NCBI GenBank assembly: GCA_963712755.1
Contig: CAVQIY010000001.1
Location: 72,192 to 136,191 of the forward strand
Source of the DNA: an uncultured Gammaproteobacteria bacterium
Lineage (GTDB): Bacteria; Pseudomonadota; Gammaproteobacteria; Steroidobacterales; Woeseiaceae
Reading direction: 5' to 3'
DNA: 64,000 nt
The position numbers and the translations under genes were made by a program. The notes beneath the pieces were generated by a model. It did not search any database and was not told the origin of the DNA. It saw only the letters and a list, made by a program, of their open reading frames with translations. Positions within the stretch are counted from its first letter, which is position 1; every line of letters starts with the position of its first letter. Shown in pieces: positions 1 through 10,245 of the stretch.

Positions 1-1174
1 TACTGCCCATGGACCGGTGCACCCGGAAAGCGGACTCCAGCTCCGCGACGATCTTGTCGAAACGCCGCGTCTTGACGCCGTTCGCGGTGCTCTCGGTGTT
101 GCCGTGCATGGGGTCGCAGACCCACAGCACCGGCGAGCCCGTCTCGCGCACCGCCGTGATCAGGTCCGGCAGGTGCTCCTCGATCGCGCCTGCACCGAAA
201 CGGTGAATGAACGTCAGGCGGCCCGGCTCGTTGTTGGGGTTCAGTATCGCGACCAGTTCCTGGATCCATTCCCGCGTCATGCCGGGACCGATCTTGATGC
301 CGACCGGGTTCGCGATGCCGCGGAAGAACTCGACGTGCGCGCCGTCGGTCGCGGCCGTGCGCATGCCGATCCACGGGAAATGGGTGGTCAGGTTGTACCA
401 GCGCCCGCGCCGGTCCAGGAAACGCGTCTGCGCCTGCTCGTACAGCAGGTGCAGGCCCTCGTGGGCCGCGTAGATGTCCGCCCGCCGGGTCTTGTGCACG
501 GGCTGGCCGGCGATGGTCTCCAGGAAATCCAGCGAATCCGAGATGGACGCGACGATCGCGTGGTACTCGTCCGCCATGTGCGAATGCCCGACCCAGTTGA
601 GATCCCAGTACTCCGGGTGATGCAGATCGGCGAACCCGCCGTCGATGAGCGAACGCACGAAATTCAGCGTCAGGGCCGCCCGCTCGTAGCCGCGCAGGAT
701 GAGCTGCGGGTCGGGCACGCGGTCGGCCGCCGTGAACGGGTTGCGATTCACGAGGTCGCCGCGAAAACTCGGCAGCGACTGCCCTTCACGCGTCTCGGTG
801 TCGGCGGAACGCGGCTTGGCGTACTGGCCGGCCATGCGCCCGACGCGGATCACGGGCTTCTTGAGCCCGTAGAGGATGACGAGACTCATCTGCAGCAGGA
901 TCTTGAGCTTCGCGACGATGTTCTCGGAGGTGCACTCGTCGAAGGTCTCGGCACAGTCGCCCCCCTGCAGGATGAACGCTTCGCCGCGCCCTGCGCGCGC
1001 GAATTCCTCCTTGAGCGCGTCGATCTCCCAGGAGGTCACGAGCGGCGGCAGCCGGCTCAGCTCCGCGACCGCGCGATCGAGCGCCGCCGGGTCCGGATAG
1101 GTCGGCTGCTGGGCTGCCTGCAGCGCCTGCCAGCTCGCCGGATGCCAGTCGGATACGGCTGCGGAGCGCGTCAT
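1..1174 (-). CDS. 3-deoxy-7-phosphoheptulonate (DAHP) synthase, class II (plant-like); C-terminal end runs off the window
   Basis: Not in the ORF track because there is no stop inside the window. My reverse-strand translation from ATG 1174-1172 gives MTRSAAVSDWHPASWQALQAAQQPTYPDPAAL...EAFILQGGDCAETFDECT...HRFGAGAIEEHLPDLITAVRETGSPVLWVCDPMHGNT. The QGGDCAE and DPMHGNT motifs are typical of class II DAHP synthase. Confidence 0.8.
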   Translation of the reverse strand, partial: MTRSAAVSDWHPASWQALQAAQQPTYPDPAALDRAVAELSRLPPLVTSWEIDALKEEFARAGRGEAFILQGGDCAETFDECTSENIVAKLKILLQMSLVILYGLKKPVIRVGRMAGQYAKPRSADTETREGQSLPSFRGDLVNRNPFTAADRVPDPQLILRGYERAALTLNFVRSLIDGGFADLHHPEYWDLNWVGHSHMADEYHAIVASISDSLDFLETIAGQPVHKTRRADIYAAHEGLHLLYEQAQTRFLDRRGRWYNLTTHFPWIGMRTAATDGAHVEFFRGIANPVGIKIGPGMTREWIQELVAILNPNNEPGRLTFIHRFGAGAIEEHLPDLITAVRETGSPVLWVCDPMHGNTESTANGVKTRRFDKIVAELESAFRVHRSMGS

Positions 1175-1323
1175 TGGCGGGGTCTGCTTCATCCGCGGGA
1201 CTATGCCATGCTGCATCGCAATGCTGCAAAGCTTTCATCTGGAAAGGTTTCGCGGAGATTGGCACAATGCGCGCCATCTGCGTGCCGCCCTTCCGAGGCG
1301 GCGTGGTTTTCGGGAGCCCCCCA

Positions 1324-2490
1324 ATGCAAGACATTCTCGTACTCGGCGCCGGCAAGATCGGTGCCCTCATCTCCGGCCTGCTTGCCGAAAGCGGCAGCTA
1401 CCGGGTCCAGCTCGCCGACGCCGTGCCCGGCGTGGCGCGCTCGGTCGCGAAAGCGCATCGTCTCGACACGCTCACGGCCTTCGACCTCGACGCGGGCGAC
1501 AAGGAAGCGCTTGCGCAGCACGTGCGCGAGCACAAGCCGGCCGCGCTCGTGTCGAGCCTGCCCTATTTCTGCAACGTGACCGTTGCCGAGGTGGCGCGCG
1601 CCGAGGGCCTGCACTACTTCGACCTGACGGAGGACGTTGCGGTCACCGCGGCAGTACGTTCGATCGCCGCAGGCGCGTCGGCCGCGTTCGTGCCGCAATG
1701 CGGGCTGGCGCCGGGCTTCATCAGCATCGCGGCGAACGAACTCATCCAGCATTTCGACGAGCTGCGCTCGGTGAAACTGCGCGTGGGCGCGCTGCCGCAG
1801 CATCCCAACAACGTACTCAAGTACTCGCTCACGTGGTCGACCGACGGCGTGATCAACGAGTACGGCAATCTCTGCAACGCCATCGTGGACGGCAAGGAGG
1901 TCGACGTCCTGCCGCTCGAAGGCCTCGAGTCGATCGAGATCGACGGCAAGCTCTACGAAGCGTTCAACACGTCCGGCGGACTCGGGTCGCTCGCGGAAAC
2001 GTACGGCGACCGCGTGAAAACCATGAACTACAAGACGATCCGTTACCCGGGACACTGCGAACAGATGCGGCTGCTCATGTACGGATTGAAGCTGAACGAC
2101 GACCGCGACACGCTGAAGCGCATCCTCGAGAAATCGGTGCCGCAGACGCTGCAGGACGTCGTCATCATCTACGCGGCGGTGACCGGCATCCAGGACGGTG
2201 AGTTCCGCGAGGAGAACTACGTGAACAAGGTCTACCCGCAGGTCGTCGCGGGGCGACTCTGGTCGGCCATCCAGGTCACGACCGCGGCGGGTATCTGCGC
2301 GATCATTGATATCGTGCTGGCGAACCCCGATAACTATCATGGATTTGTCGCGCAGGAGCAGTTCCGCCTTGCCGACGTACTCGAAAATCGTTTCGGCCGC
2401 TATTTCGCGCACGGCGGCGACAACCGCGAATCGGCGGCGATGATCGCCCGCGGCGAAACGGGACACCAGCGCAGCAGCGCCGGAGGATAA
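1324..2490 (+). CDS. saccharopine dehydrogenase-family NAD(P) oxidoreductase (possible L-lysine 6-dehydrogenase / saccharopine dehydrogenase)
   Basis: Lies in ORF 1174..2490. The internal ATG at 1324 gives [20 protein letters not shown], a Rossmann GxGxxG at the N-terminus. Length and layout resemble saccharopine reductase-family proteins, and it sits 4 nt upstream of an ALDH7-type gene. Confidence 0.7.
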   Translation: MQDILVLGAGKIGALISGLLAESGSYRVQLADAVPGVARSVAKAHRLDTLTAFDLDAGDKEALAQHVREHKPAALVSSLPYFCNVTVAEVARAEGLHYFDLTEDVAVTAAVRSIAAGASAAFVPQCGLAPGFISIAANELIQHFDELRSVKLRVGALPQHPNNVLKYSLTWSTDGVINEYGNLCNAIVDGKEVDVLPLEGLESIEIDGKLYEAFNTSGGLGSLAETYGDRVKTMNYKTIRYPGHCEQMRLLMYGLKLNDDRDTLKRILEKSVPQTLQDVVIIYAAVTGIQDGEFREENYVNKVYPQVVAGRLWSAIQVTTAAGICAIIDIVLANPDNYHGFVAQEQFRLADVLENRFGRYFAHGGDNRESAAMIARGETGHQRSSAGG

Positions 2491-2494
2491 CGCC

Positions 2495-4012
2495 ATGAAA
2501 AAGATTCTCGATTCGCTCGGGCTCGCGCAGAGCAACCCGGGCACCTGGTTCGGCAGCGACGACAGCGAGGACACCTCGGCACCGCTCATCGAATCGACCA
2601 ACCCGGCGACCGGCAAACCGATCGCCAGCGTTCGCTCGACGACGCCGGTGGAATACGACCGCCTCGTCAACCTGGCGCAGGACGCGTTCCGCGAGTGGCG
2701 CAAGGTGCCGGCGCCCGTGCGCGGCGAAGCGGCGCGGCGCATCGGCAATGCGCTGCGCGACCACAAGGACGCGCTCGGCAGCCTCGTATCCCTCGAGATG
2801 GGCAAGATCAAGGCCGAGGGTGACGGCGAAGTCCAGGAGATGATCGATATCTTCGATTTCGCGGTCGGCCAGTCGCGCATGCTCTACGGCAAGATGATGC
2901 ATTCCGAACGCCCGCAGCATCGCATGTACGAGCAATGGCACCCGCTGGGCCTCGTCGGCACGATCACCGCGTTCAATTTCCCGGTCGCCGTGTGGTCGTG
3001 GAACACGAGCCTCGCCTCGATCTGCGGCAACGTGAGCATCTGGAAGCCGTCGCCGAAGACGCCGCTGTGCGGCGTCGCCGTGCAGAAAATCGTCAACGAG
3101 GCCGTCGCCGATCTCGGCCTGCCGACATTCTCCTGCCTCATCAACGATGGCAGCAACGAACTCGCAGGGCAGTTCGTCGACGACCGGCGCATCAATCTCG
3201 TGTCGTTCACGGGCTCTTCGGCGGTCGGCCGCCAGGTCGGTGTGCAGGTCGCGAAGCGCATGGGCAAGGTCCTGCTCGAACTGGGCGGCAACAACGCCAT
3301 CATCGTCGACGAGCACGCCAACATGGAACTCGTCGTGCCGGCGATCGTGTTCGGCGCCGTGGGTACCGCCGGCCAGCGCTGCACCACGACCCGGCGCATC
3401 ATCGTGCACGAATCGCGCCTGGACGAACTGAAGGCCGCGCTGGTCAAGGCGTACGGGCAGGTGCGCATCGGCGACCCGCTCGATCCGAAGACGCTGATGG
3501 GTCCGCTGATCGACGAAGCCGCCGTCGCGCGCGTGGAAGCCGCTATCGAAACCGTCCGCGAGGCGGGCGGCGAGATTCTGTGCGGCGGCGAGCGCATCGA
3601 CGGGCCGGGCCATTTCATCACGCCGGCGATCGCGGTCGCGCGGAACGACTGGGATATCGTGCAGACCGAAACCTTCGGGCCGCTGCTCTACCTGCTGCCC
3701 TATGGCACGCTCGACGAGGCGGTGGAGATGCAGAACGGCGTCGTGCAGGGACTGTCGTCCGCGATCTTCACGGACAACCTGCAGAACGCGGAGTATTTCC
3801 TGTCGCAGGCCGGCTCGGACTGCGGCATCGCCAACGTCAACATCGGCACGTCCGGCGCCGAGATCGGCGGCGCATTCGGCGGCGAGAAGGAAACCGGCGG
3901 CGGCCGCGAGGCCGGCTCGGACGCGTGGCAGGCCTACATGCGGCGCCAGACCAACACCATCAACTGGGGTAAGCAACTGCCGCTCGCGCAGGGCATCAAT
4001 TTCGACCTGTAG
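2495..4012 (+). CDS. amaB: ALDH7 (antiquitin)-type aldehyde dehydrogenase: alpha-aminoadipic semialdehyde / piperideine-6-carboxylate dehydrogenase
   Basis: 505 aa. It has ELGGNNA, the catalytic GQRCTT and the C-terminal [39 protein letters not shown] block, which is characteristic of the ALDH7 subfamily. Confidence 0.8.
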   Translation: MKKILDSLGLAQSNPGTWFGSDDSEDTSAPLIESTNPATGKPIASVRSTTPVEYDRLVNLAQDAFREWRKVPAPVRGEAARRIGNALRDHKDALGSLVSLEMGKIKAEGDGEVQEMIDIFDFAVGQSRMLYGKMMHSERPQHRMYEQWHPLGLVGTITAFNFPVAVWSWNTSLASICGNVSIWKPSPKTPLCGVAVQKIVNEAVADLGLPTFSCLINDGSNELAGQFVDDRRINLVSFTGSSAVGRQVGVQVAKRMGKVLLELGGNNAIIVDEHANMELVVPAIVFGAVGTAGQRCTTTRRIIVHESRLDELKAALVKAYGQVRIGDPLDPKTLMGPLIDEAAVARVEAAIETVREAGGEILCGGERIDGPGHFITPAIAVARNDWDIVQTETFGPLLYLLPYGTLDEAVEMQNGVVQGLSSAIFTDNLQNAEYFLSQAGSDCGIANVNIGTSGAEIGGAFGGEKETGGGREAGSDAWQAYMRRQTNTINWGKQLPLAQGINFDL

Positions 4013-4036
4013 GCGCGCGCCCCTGGCTGCAACAGG

Positions 4037-4238
4037 TCGCGGTTCGAGAACCGCTCCTACAGGCGCTAACGACGCAGCGCTCGACCCGCAGGAGCGGGCC
4101 TCGGCCCGCGATCGTTCGCGGTTCAAGAACCGCTCCTACAGACGCTTTCGGCCTCGCGCCGAACCTGTAGGAGCGGGCCTCGGCCCGCGATCCGGCATCA
4201 GCATCGAACCCGGTCGCGCTGCCAGAAGCGCTCCTACA
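4037..4238. repeat. Cluster of five REP-like palindromic units in alternating orientation (BIME-like)
   Basis: Units lie at 4037-4061 (rev), 4087-4111 (fwd), 4116-4140 (rev), 4166-4190 (fwd) and 4214-4238 (rev, degenerate). The consensus is TGTAGGAGCGG(GCC|TTC)TCG(GCC|AAC)CGCGA, with a 6-7 bp stem. The same family recurs at 45850-46040. Confidence 0.8.
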
Positions 4239-4728
4239 CGGCCTCGAAGCGGTTTTCGGCGCGGTTCTTGCGCACCTCGCCGGCGGCGAACACCTGCCCG
4301 CTCATCGCGATATACACGCCCGGGGCCGCCACCTGCACCGCGGCGACGGCCATGCCGACGTTGAAGATCGCGTCGGTGGTGCGAAACCGCGCCGGGGTCA
4401 GCGCGCCCGTGAGCACGATCGTCTTGCCCTCGAGGCCCTGCAGCGCGTCCGCCGTTGCGGCCATGGTGTCGGTGCCGTGCGTGACGACGTACAGGCGCGC
4501 GTCGTCCTGCTCGATGTAGGCACGCAGCTGCGCACGATCGGCGTCGGTCATTTCCAGGCTGTCTTTCTGCAACAATGGCACGATCTCGTAGTCGAACTGG
4601 ACGAGGCCTTCCTTCAGAATGTGCTCGACCTGCGACTCGCCGACCTCGAACTGGCTCAGCGCATCGAAGTAGATCTTGTCGATGGTACCGCCGGTCGTAA
4701 TGAAACGAATGAACATGGAGCGAAGCAT
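4234..4728 (-). CDS. asparaginase-domain protein (short, N-terminal-domain-only type)
   Basis: 164 aa. FITTGGTIDK and VVTHGTDTM match the two threonine-containing asparaginase/glutaminase active-site motifs. The start could instead be the internal Met (MFIRF). Confidence 0.7.
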   Translation of the reverse strand: MLRSMFIRFITTGGTIDKIYFDALSQFEVGESQVEHILKEGLVQFDYEIVPLLQKDSLEMTDADRAQLRAYIEQDDARLYVVTHGTDTMAATADALQGLEGKTIVLTGALTPARFRTTDAIFNVGMAVAAVQVAAPGVYIAMSGQVFAAGEVRKNRAENRFEAV

Positions 4729-4778
4729 GCCACCAAAAGCGCCCGATCAACAGCCGCCAGCCCTGCTATCATGACGCC

Positions 4779-6188
4779 ATGAAATCGACTATCCGAAACG
4801 CTTTCATTACCACCCTCCTCGGCCTCGCGGCCTGCACCGCGAGTGTTGCGGAGACGACGGTTGTCGTCCTCGAAATCGACGGCGGCATCGGCGTCGCCAC
4901 CGCCGACTACCTGGCGAGCGGCCTGCGCCACGCCGCGGAGCGTAACGCGGAGCTCGTCATCATCGACATCGACACGCCGGGCGGCCTCGTCAAGCCGATG
5001 CGCGACATGGTCCAGGACATCCTCGGCTCGTCGGTGCCGGTCGTCACCTACGTCACCCCGGCGGGCGCCCGCGCGGACAGCGCCGGTACCTATATCCTGC
5101 TCGCCAGCCATGTCGCGGCCATGGCGCCGACCACGCACATCGGCGCCGCCACACCCGTGTCGCTGAACGGCGAAGACGTGACACCGGCCGAGCCGACTCG
5201 CGAACCCGCGGAGGAAGCCGTGGACGGCGAAAGCGAGGGCGACGACAAGCAGACCGCGCCCGCACCGCCCGGCAGCGCGATGGAGCGCAAGGTGCTGAAC
5301 GACGCCATCGCCTACATTCGCGGGCTGGCCGAACGCCATGGCCGCAACGCCGAGTGGGCGGAGCGAGCCGTTACCGAGGCCGCGACACTCACCGCGACGG
5401 AAGCGCTCGAGCAGAACGTCATCGAGTTCATTGCCACGGACCATGCCGACCTCCTCGCGCAGCTCGACGGCCACGAGGTCAAGCTGGATTCGCAGCAGGT
5501 GGTGCTCGCCACCGCGGACGCGACCATCGAGACGTTCGAGCCGAACTGGCGCATCCGGATCCTGTCGGCCATCGCGAACCCGGAAATCGTGCTGCTGCTC
5601 GGCATCATCGGGCTCTACGGCCTCATGTACGAGGGCTGGAACCCGGGTGCCATCGTTCCGGGGGTTGTCGGCGTGATCTGCCTGCTGCTTGCCGCCTATG
5701 CGCTGCAGGTCCTGCCCGTGAATTACGCGGGGCTGGCCTTGATCATCGTGGGTATCGCCCTCATGGTTGCAGAAGCGTTCGCGCCGAGTTTCGGCGCGCT
5801 CGGGTTGGGCGGCATAGCCGCCTTCGTTTTCGGTGCCATAATGATGTTCGACAGTGGCGTTCCAGGATTCGGTATCTCGGTGGGATTCGTGATCGGGCTC
5901 GCGGTACTCGCGGCGCTGGCAATCATCTGGCTCGTCGGCTACGCGCTCAAGCTGCGCAGGCGCGGCGCCGTCTCCGGCCGCGGCTCGATCATCGGCGGCA
6001 CCGGAACCGCGATGCAGGACTTCACCGGCGACGGCAAGGTCTGGCTCGAGGGCGAAGCCTGGGCCGCGCACAGCAAGGTACCGATACGTAAAGACCAGCA
6101 AGTCGTGGTGCGCGCGATGCAGGGCCTGACGCTCGAAGTCGAGCCGGCCTCGCAAACGGATGCGGGCGACGCGCAGCTGCAGACCTGA
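4779..6188 (+). CDS. NfeD-family membrane-bound ClpP-class serine protease
   Basis: 469 aa with a signal/anchor, a ClpP-like domain (IDTPGG), multiple TM helices and a C-terminal NfeD beta-barrel. It lies directly upstream of a stomatin/SPFH gene, the classic nfeD-SPFH operon. Confidence 0.8.
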   Translation: MKSTIRNAFITTLLGLAACTASVAETTVVVLEIDGGIGVATADYLASGLRHAAERNAELVIIDIDTPGGLVKPMRDMVQDILGSSVPVVTYVTPAGARADSAGTYILLASHVAAMAPTTHIGAATPVSLNGEDVTPAEPTREPAEEAVDGESEGDDKQTAPAPPGSAMERKVLNDAIAYIRGLAERHGRNAEWAERAVTEAATLTATEALEQNVIEFIATDHADLLAQLDGHEVKLDSQQVVLATADATIETFEPNWRIRILSAIANPEIVLLLGIIGLYGLMYEGWNPGAIVPGVVGVICLLLAAYALQVLPVNYAGLALIIVGIALMVAEAFAPSFGALGLGGIAAFVFGAIMMFDSGVPGFGISVGFVIGLAVLAALAIIWLVGYALKLRRRGAVSGRGSIIGGTGTAMQDFTGDGKVWLEGEAWAAHSKVPIRKDQQVVVRAMQGLTLEVEPASQTDAGDAQLQT

Positions 6189-6223
6189 CGCGGGACTTCA
6201 GACTTACAAACGAGGAAATAACG

Positions 6224-6994
6224 ATGGAACTTGCAACAATCGGCCTGATCGCTGCGTTCGTCATTGTCGTCGTCTACAACACGTTCAAGATTCTCAAGGA
6301 ATACGAGCGCGGCGTGGTGTTCTTTCTTGGCCGTTTCCAGAAGGTCAAGGGGCCGGGCCTCATCATCCTGATCCCCGGGCTGCAAAAAATGGTCAAGGTC
6401 GACCTGCGCGTCATCGTGCTCGACGTGCCGACGCAGGACGTCATCTCGCGGGACAACGTGTCGGTGCGGGTCAACGCGGTCATCTACTTCCGCATCGTCG
6501 ACCCGGAGAAAGCGGTCATCCGCGTCGCCAACGTGTTCGAGGCAACGAGCCAGCTGTCGCAGACGACGCTGCGCTCGGTGCTCGGCCAGCACGAGCTCGA
6601 CGACATGCTCGCCGAGCGCGACCGGCTCAATGCCGATATCCAGGAAATCCTGGACCAGCGCACCGACAACTGGGGCATCAAGGTCGCCAACGTCGAGATC
6701 AAGCACGTGGACCTCGACGAGAGCATGATCCGGGCGATCGCGCAGCAGGCCGAAGCCGAGCGTGCGCGGCGCGCCAAGGTCATCAATGCCGAGGGCGAAA
6801 AGCAGGCGGCGACCATGCTCGCCGAAGCGGCGAACATGCTGGCCAAGGAAGAATCGGCGCTGACGCTTCGCTACCTGCAGACGCTCAAGGAAATCGCCAA
6901 CGAGAAGACCAACACGATCGTGTTCCCGATCGACCTGGTCGAAAAGATGGGTGCTGCGGCCAAGGCCTGGAGCAAGGACCGCTCGGGCAGCTGA
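6224..6994 (+). CDS. SPFH/stomatin-family (band 7) protein
   Basis: 256 aa with an N-terminal TM helix. [16 protein letters not shown]...VDLRV...[25 protein letters not shown] is typical of the stomatin/QmcA family. Confidence 0.85.
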   Translation: MELATIGLIAAFVIVVVYNTFKILKEYERGVVFFLGRFQKVKGPGLIILIPGLQKMVKVDLRVIVLDVPTQDVISRDNVSVRVNAVIYFRIVDPEKAVIRVANVFEATSQLSQTTLRSVLGQHELDDMLAERDRLNADIQEILDQRTDNWGIKVANVEIKHVDLDESMIRAIAQQAEAERARRAKVINAEGEKQAATMLAEAANMLAKEESALTLRYLQTLKEIANEKTNTIVFPIDLVEKMGAAAKAWSKDRSGS

Positions 6995-7011
6995 TACCGC
7001 CGCGCGAGCGG

Positions 7012-8388
7012 TCAGTGCCGCGTGGCCGCGGGCGGGATATCCACCGTGAACCGCGCGCCGCCCAGCGTGGAGCGTCCGATCGTGAGCGTGCCGCCGTAGG
7101 ACTTCGCGAGGTCGCGCACGATCGCGAGGCCGATGCCGTGTCCCGGGGTTGCCTCGTCGAGGCGCATGCCGCGTTCCAGCAGCGCGTCGGCCGCCTCTGC
7201 CGGAATGCCCGGACCGTCATCGTCCACGGCCAGGTACATGCCGCCCGGGCGGTCCCCGGAATTTTCCGAGTGCCGCACCGTGATCGACACCCTGCCCTTG
7301 CACCACTTGCAGGCGTTGTCGAGCAGGTTGCCGGCCAGTTCCAGGAAGTCGCCCGTGTCGCCGCGGAAGCGGATGTCCGGCGCGACGTCGGTTTCGATCA
7401 CCGGGCGCTTGTCGTGGTAGACCTTGCGCAGGCCGCTCACCAGCCGTTCCACTTCCTGCGCCACCGGCACGGGGCCGAGGACCAGGTTGTCAGCCGCCGA
7501 CGCCGCGGGTTTTCTGAGCTGGTAGCGCACGATCTCGTCCATGCGCTCGATCTGCTCGTCGAAGCGCCCGCGCAGCGCGGCTGACGCACCGCTGTCCGCC
7601 GTCAGCGCCCGCATCGCCGCCAGCGGGGTTTTCAGGCTGTGCGCGAGGTTGCCGAGCGTGTGCCGATAGCGGTCCGAGCGCGCGCGCTCGTTGTCGATCA
7701 GGAGGTTCATATTGCGTGCGACGCCGGTGAGCTCGGTCGGGAACTTCTCCGAGAGCGAGGCGCGCTTGCCCTCCTCGATCTCGCCGATCTCGGCCTCGAT
7801 CTGCCGCAGTGGCCGCAGCAGGCCGCGCATCAGCACGGATATGGACAGCAGCATGATCAGCGCAATCGCGGCAAACCAGCCGATGAGCTGGCGCCGGAAT
7901 TCGGCGACCTGCGCGTTGAACGAATCGAGGCTCTCGGCCACCTTGAAGACGTAGGGCTTGAGTTCGCCGTCCGGGAACTCCCATTGCACGGCCAGGCTCA
8001 GCGTCAGGAGCGGCGTGCCGTCGTCGAGCGACTCGCGCTCGAATACGCGGGCGCCGAGCTGCGGGAAGCCGCCCTGCGGAATCTCGAGACCCAGCGCGGA
8101 GCGCGATCGCCACGCCAGCTCGCCGTTGTCGTCGCGCAGCTCCCCGTACAGGCCCGAGCCGATCGTGTTGAAGCGCTCCTCGTGCAGGTCCGGGGGAAAA
8201 CTCAGCGCGCCTTCGTCATTGGGGTTGGCGGCCGCCAGCAGCTGCATCAGGTGGCCGTCGAGGATGTCGCGCCGCGCCTGCTCGCCGGCGGTGCGAAACG
8301 CCGTGTCGAGGACGATCACGGTGGCGCCGAAGAACAGCAGGAGCAGCACGCTGACCGATACCAGCAGGCGTGCGCTTAACGATGACAT
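7012..8388 (-). CDS. sensor histidine kinase (two TM helices, periplasmic sensor, HAMP, HisKA, HATPase)
   Basis: Lies in ORF 7012..8454. The H-box is HTLGNLAHSLKTPLAAM, with N/G boxes (NLLDNACKW, DDGPGI, GHGIGLAI). I place the start at MSSLSARLL (8388) to avoid overlapping the regulator gene; 8454 is also possible. Confidence 0.85.
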   Translation of the reverse strand: MSSLSARLLVSVSVLLLLFFGATVIVLDTAFRTAGEQARRDILDGHLMQLLAAANPNDEGALSFPPDLHEERFNTIGSGLYGELRDDNGELAWRSRSALGLEIPQGGFPQLGARVFERESLDDGTPLLTLSLAVQWEFPDGELKPYVFKVAESLDSFNAQVAEFRRQLIGWFAAIALIMLLSISVLMRGLLRPLRQIEAEIGEIEEGKRASLSEKFPTELTGVARNMNLLIDNERARSDRYRHTLGNLAHSLKTPLAAMRALTADSGASAALRGRFDEQIERMDEIVRYQLRKPAASAADNLVLGPVPVAQEVERLVSGLRKVYHDKRPVIETDVAPDIRFRGDTGDFLELAGNLLDNACKWCKGRVSITVRHSENSGDRPGGMYLAVDDDGPGIPAEAADALLERGMRLDEATPGHGIGLAIVRDLAKSYGGTLTIGRSTLGGARFTVDIPPAATRH

Positions 8389-8413
8389 GACGACCGCCGC
8401 GGACTGACTGCGA

Positions 8414-9106
8414 TTACCCGGACGAGTTGCGTTCCAGCGCGAACCGGTAGCCACGGCCGCGCAGCGTCTCGATCGGCTTCAGCGCGTTGTCGGGGTCGAG
8501 CTTCTTGCGCAGCCGGCCGATGAACACTTCGATGACGTTGCTGTCGCGTTCGAAGTCCTGGTCGTAGAGGCGCTCGGTGAGCTCTGTCTTGGAGATGACC
8601 TGGCCCGCTCGCAGCATCAGGTACTCGATGATCTTGTATTCGAAGCTGGTGAGTTCGATGGGCGCGTCGTCGACCCTGACTTCCTGCCGCGACATGTCCA
8701 GCACGACCGGTCCGGCGGTCATGACGGAGGACGCCCAGCCGCCGCTCCGTCGCAACAGCGCATGCACCCGGGCGCTGACTTCCTCGAAGTGAAACGGCTT
8801 GACGACGTAGTCGTCGGCGCCCGCACTGAGCCCGTCGACCTTGTCCTGCCAGCGGTCGCGGGCGGTGAGGATCAGTATCGGGTAGGTCTTGCCCTTGTCG
8901 CGCGCCTCGCGAATGATGTCGAGGCCCGACACCTCGGGCAAGCCGAGATCGATGATCGCGAGGTCCACCGGGTATTCCATCGCGAAATACAGGCCCTCGC
9001 GGCCGTCCGCGGCCTGCTCGACCGCGTAGCCAGCGTCGGCAAGCTGTGCCGACAGGGATTCGCGCAGGGTGGCGTCGTCTTCGATGACCAGCAAACGCAT
9101 CGGCAT
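8414..9106 (-). CDS. OmpR/PhoB-family response regulator
   Basis: 230 aa with a receiver domain (MRLLVIEDD...DLAIIDLGLP...KPF) and a winged-helix output (TLRGRGYRF). Confidence 0.9.
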   Translation of the reverse strand: MPMRLLVIEDDATLRESLSAQLADAGYAVEQAADGREGLYFAMEYPVDLAIIDLGLPEVSGLDIIREARDKGKTYPILILTARDRWQDKVDGLSAGADDYVVKPFHFEEVSARVHALLRRSGGWASSVMTAGPVVLDMSRQEVRVDDAPIELTSFEYKIIEYLMLRAGQVISKTELTERLYDQDFERDSNVIEVFIGRLRKKLDPDNALKPIETLRGRGYRFALERNSSG

Positions 9107-9114
9107 GTTCCTCG

Positions 9115-9438
9115 TTAACGCAGCGACCGGCCGCGGATCTTCTCGGTCTTCACCTTGCCGTCCCTGGTCAGGTAGCGGATGTAATGCACCTCGCGGTCGC
9201 CCTCGCGCCGCGTCTCGGCACTCAGGATACGGTCGACGTCGCCGCGCCCGCGCACCTTCTCGATCGCCTCGTCCAGCGACATGCCGTCCTTCGCGACCCG
9301 CAGGTCAGGCCGTTCGGCGGCGTCGTACTGCGGGTGCAGCTGCCGCAGCGACTCTTCGAGATCGAAGGCGCTCGCAGCCGCCGGTACGAGGAACAGCGCG
9401 GCGACGATGGCGATGAATATTGATCTTGTCACTGGCAT
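9115..9438 (-). CDS. PepSY-domain periplasmic protein
   Basis: 107 aa with a signal peptide and a single PepSY-like domain (SLDEAIEKVR...ILSAETRREGDREVHYIRYLTRDGKV). It is the first gene of the two-component operon, a common arrangement. Confidence 0.6.
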   Translation of the reverse strand: MPVTRSIFIAIVAALFLVPAAASAFDLEESLRQLHPQYDAAERPDLRVAKDGMSLDEAIEKVRGRGDVDRILSAETRREGDREVHYIRYLTRDGKVKTEKIRGRSLR

Positions 9439-9547
9439 TCCGGTATCTGGCGCGAATCAGGGCCCGCAAGCGGCTCGCCGACAGTGTCCTCTGCCGGCGA
9501 GCCGATTGCAACGAAGTGCATCACAGTGATCCGCTGGCCGCCCGGAC

Positions 9548-10102
9548 TCAGCCGGCCGGGCGGATATCGACCCGCACGCGGATTTCGCGGCCCGGGTCGT
9601 ACGGCATGCGCGTCTCGTACTTCTGGCCGTGATACCGGTACACGACCCGGTAACCGTCGATGCGTTCCTCCTCGCGCGAGGTCATGCGGGTTTCGCAGCG
9701 CTCGACGGGCCGTGCGTACTCGGTGGCGGCGTGGCTGGCACCGTAACGGCGCTTCGCGCTGTCGTTGCCGATCGCGGCGCCGATGATGCTCCCGGCGACG
9801 GTGGCGGCATCGTTACCGCGGCCGCTGCCGAACTGGTGCCCGATCACGCCGCCCACGACGGCGCCCACGAGGGTGCGCACGCCGGTGCCCGGCACGGGCC
9901 GCTCGACGGTGTAGTACTCGGTTTCCTGCCAGCATTCCCGCACCGGCGTCGTCACGGTGACGTAGCGGACGATCGGCTCGGAGCTGATCACGCGGGCGTA
10001 GTCGTACTGGGCAGCCGCCGCCTGCGCGGAAAGCGCCGAGAGCAGCGACACTGCAGCCAGACCTGTCATTACTCGTCGTACGTTCATTGCCTTGGTATTC
10101 AT
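9548..10102 (-). CDS. glycine-zipper 2TM (Rickettsia 17 kDa antigen-like) outer-membrane protein
   Basis: Only the C-terminal 184 aa of ORF 9548..10957 look real. MNTKAMNVRRVMTGLAAVSLLSALSAQA is a signal peptide, and there is a glycine zipper (VGAVVGGVIGHQFGSGRGNDAATVAGSIIGAAIG). AGGTCAGGAA precedes the ATG at 10102. Confidence 0.75.
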   Translation of the reverse strand: MNTKAMNVRRVMTGLAAVSLLSALSAQAAAAQYDYARVISSEPIVRYVTVTTPVRECWQETEYYTVERPVPGTGVRTLVGAVVGGVIGHQFGSGRGNDAATVAGSIIGAAIGNDSAKRRYGASHAATEYARPVERCETRMTSREEERIDGYRVVYRYHGQKYETRMPYDPGREIRVRVDIRPAG

Positions 10103-10245
10103 GGTTCCTGACCTTTTCGCTTGCGACCGGCCCCGTTGCCAGCCTGGAGACAAGATTACGGCCAGGGCAATGAACGAAGCCTGAACGGAGATCGGCAAAA
10201 AAAGGCTGAAAACTGAATGCTTTATGAATGCCCGCGGCGGGCCGT

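Noticed and set aside
17-1579. Many very long ORFs in the track on the opposite strand or in alternate frames of recognisable genes. Examples are 17..1579, 1201..2880, 2303..4126, 4656..6155, 11646..14633, 13105..15321, 17018..19114, 31027..33813, 42417..44291, 55482..56351 and 59725..62244.
   Set aside because: Their translations are Arg/Ala/Gly/Pro-rich low-complexity strings with no motifs. Each overlaps a gene with clear family signatures. Open alternate frames are expected when stop codons are rare in GC-rich DNA.
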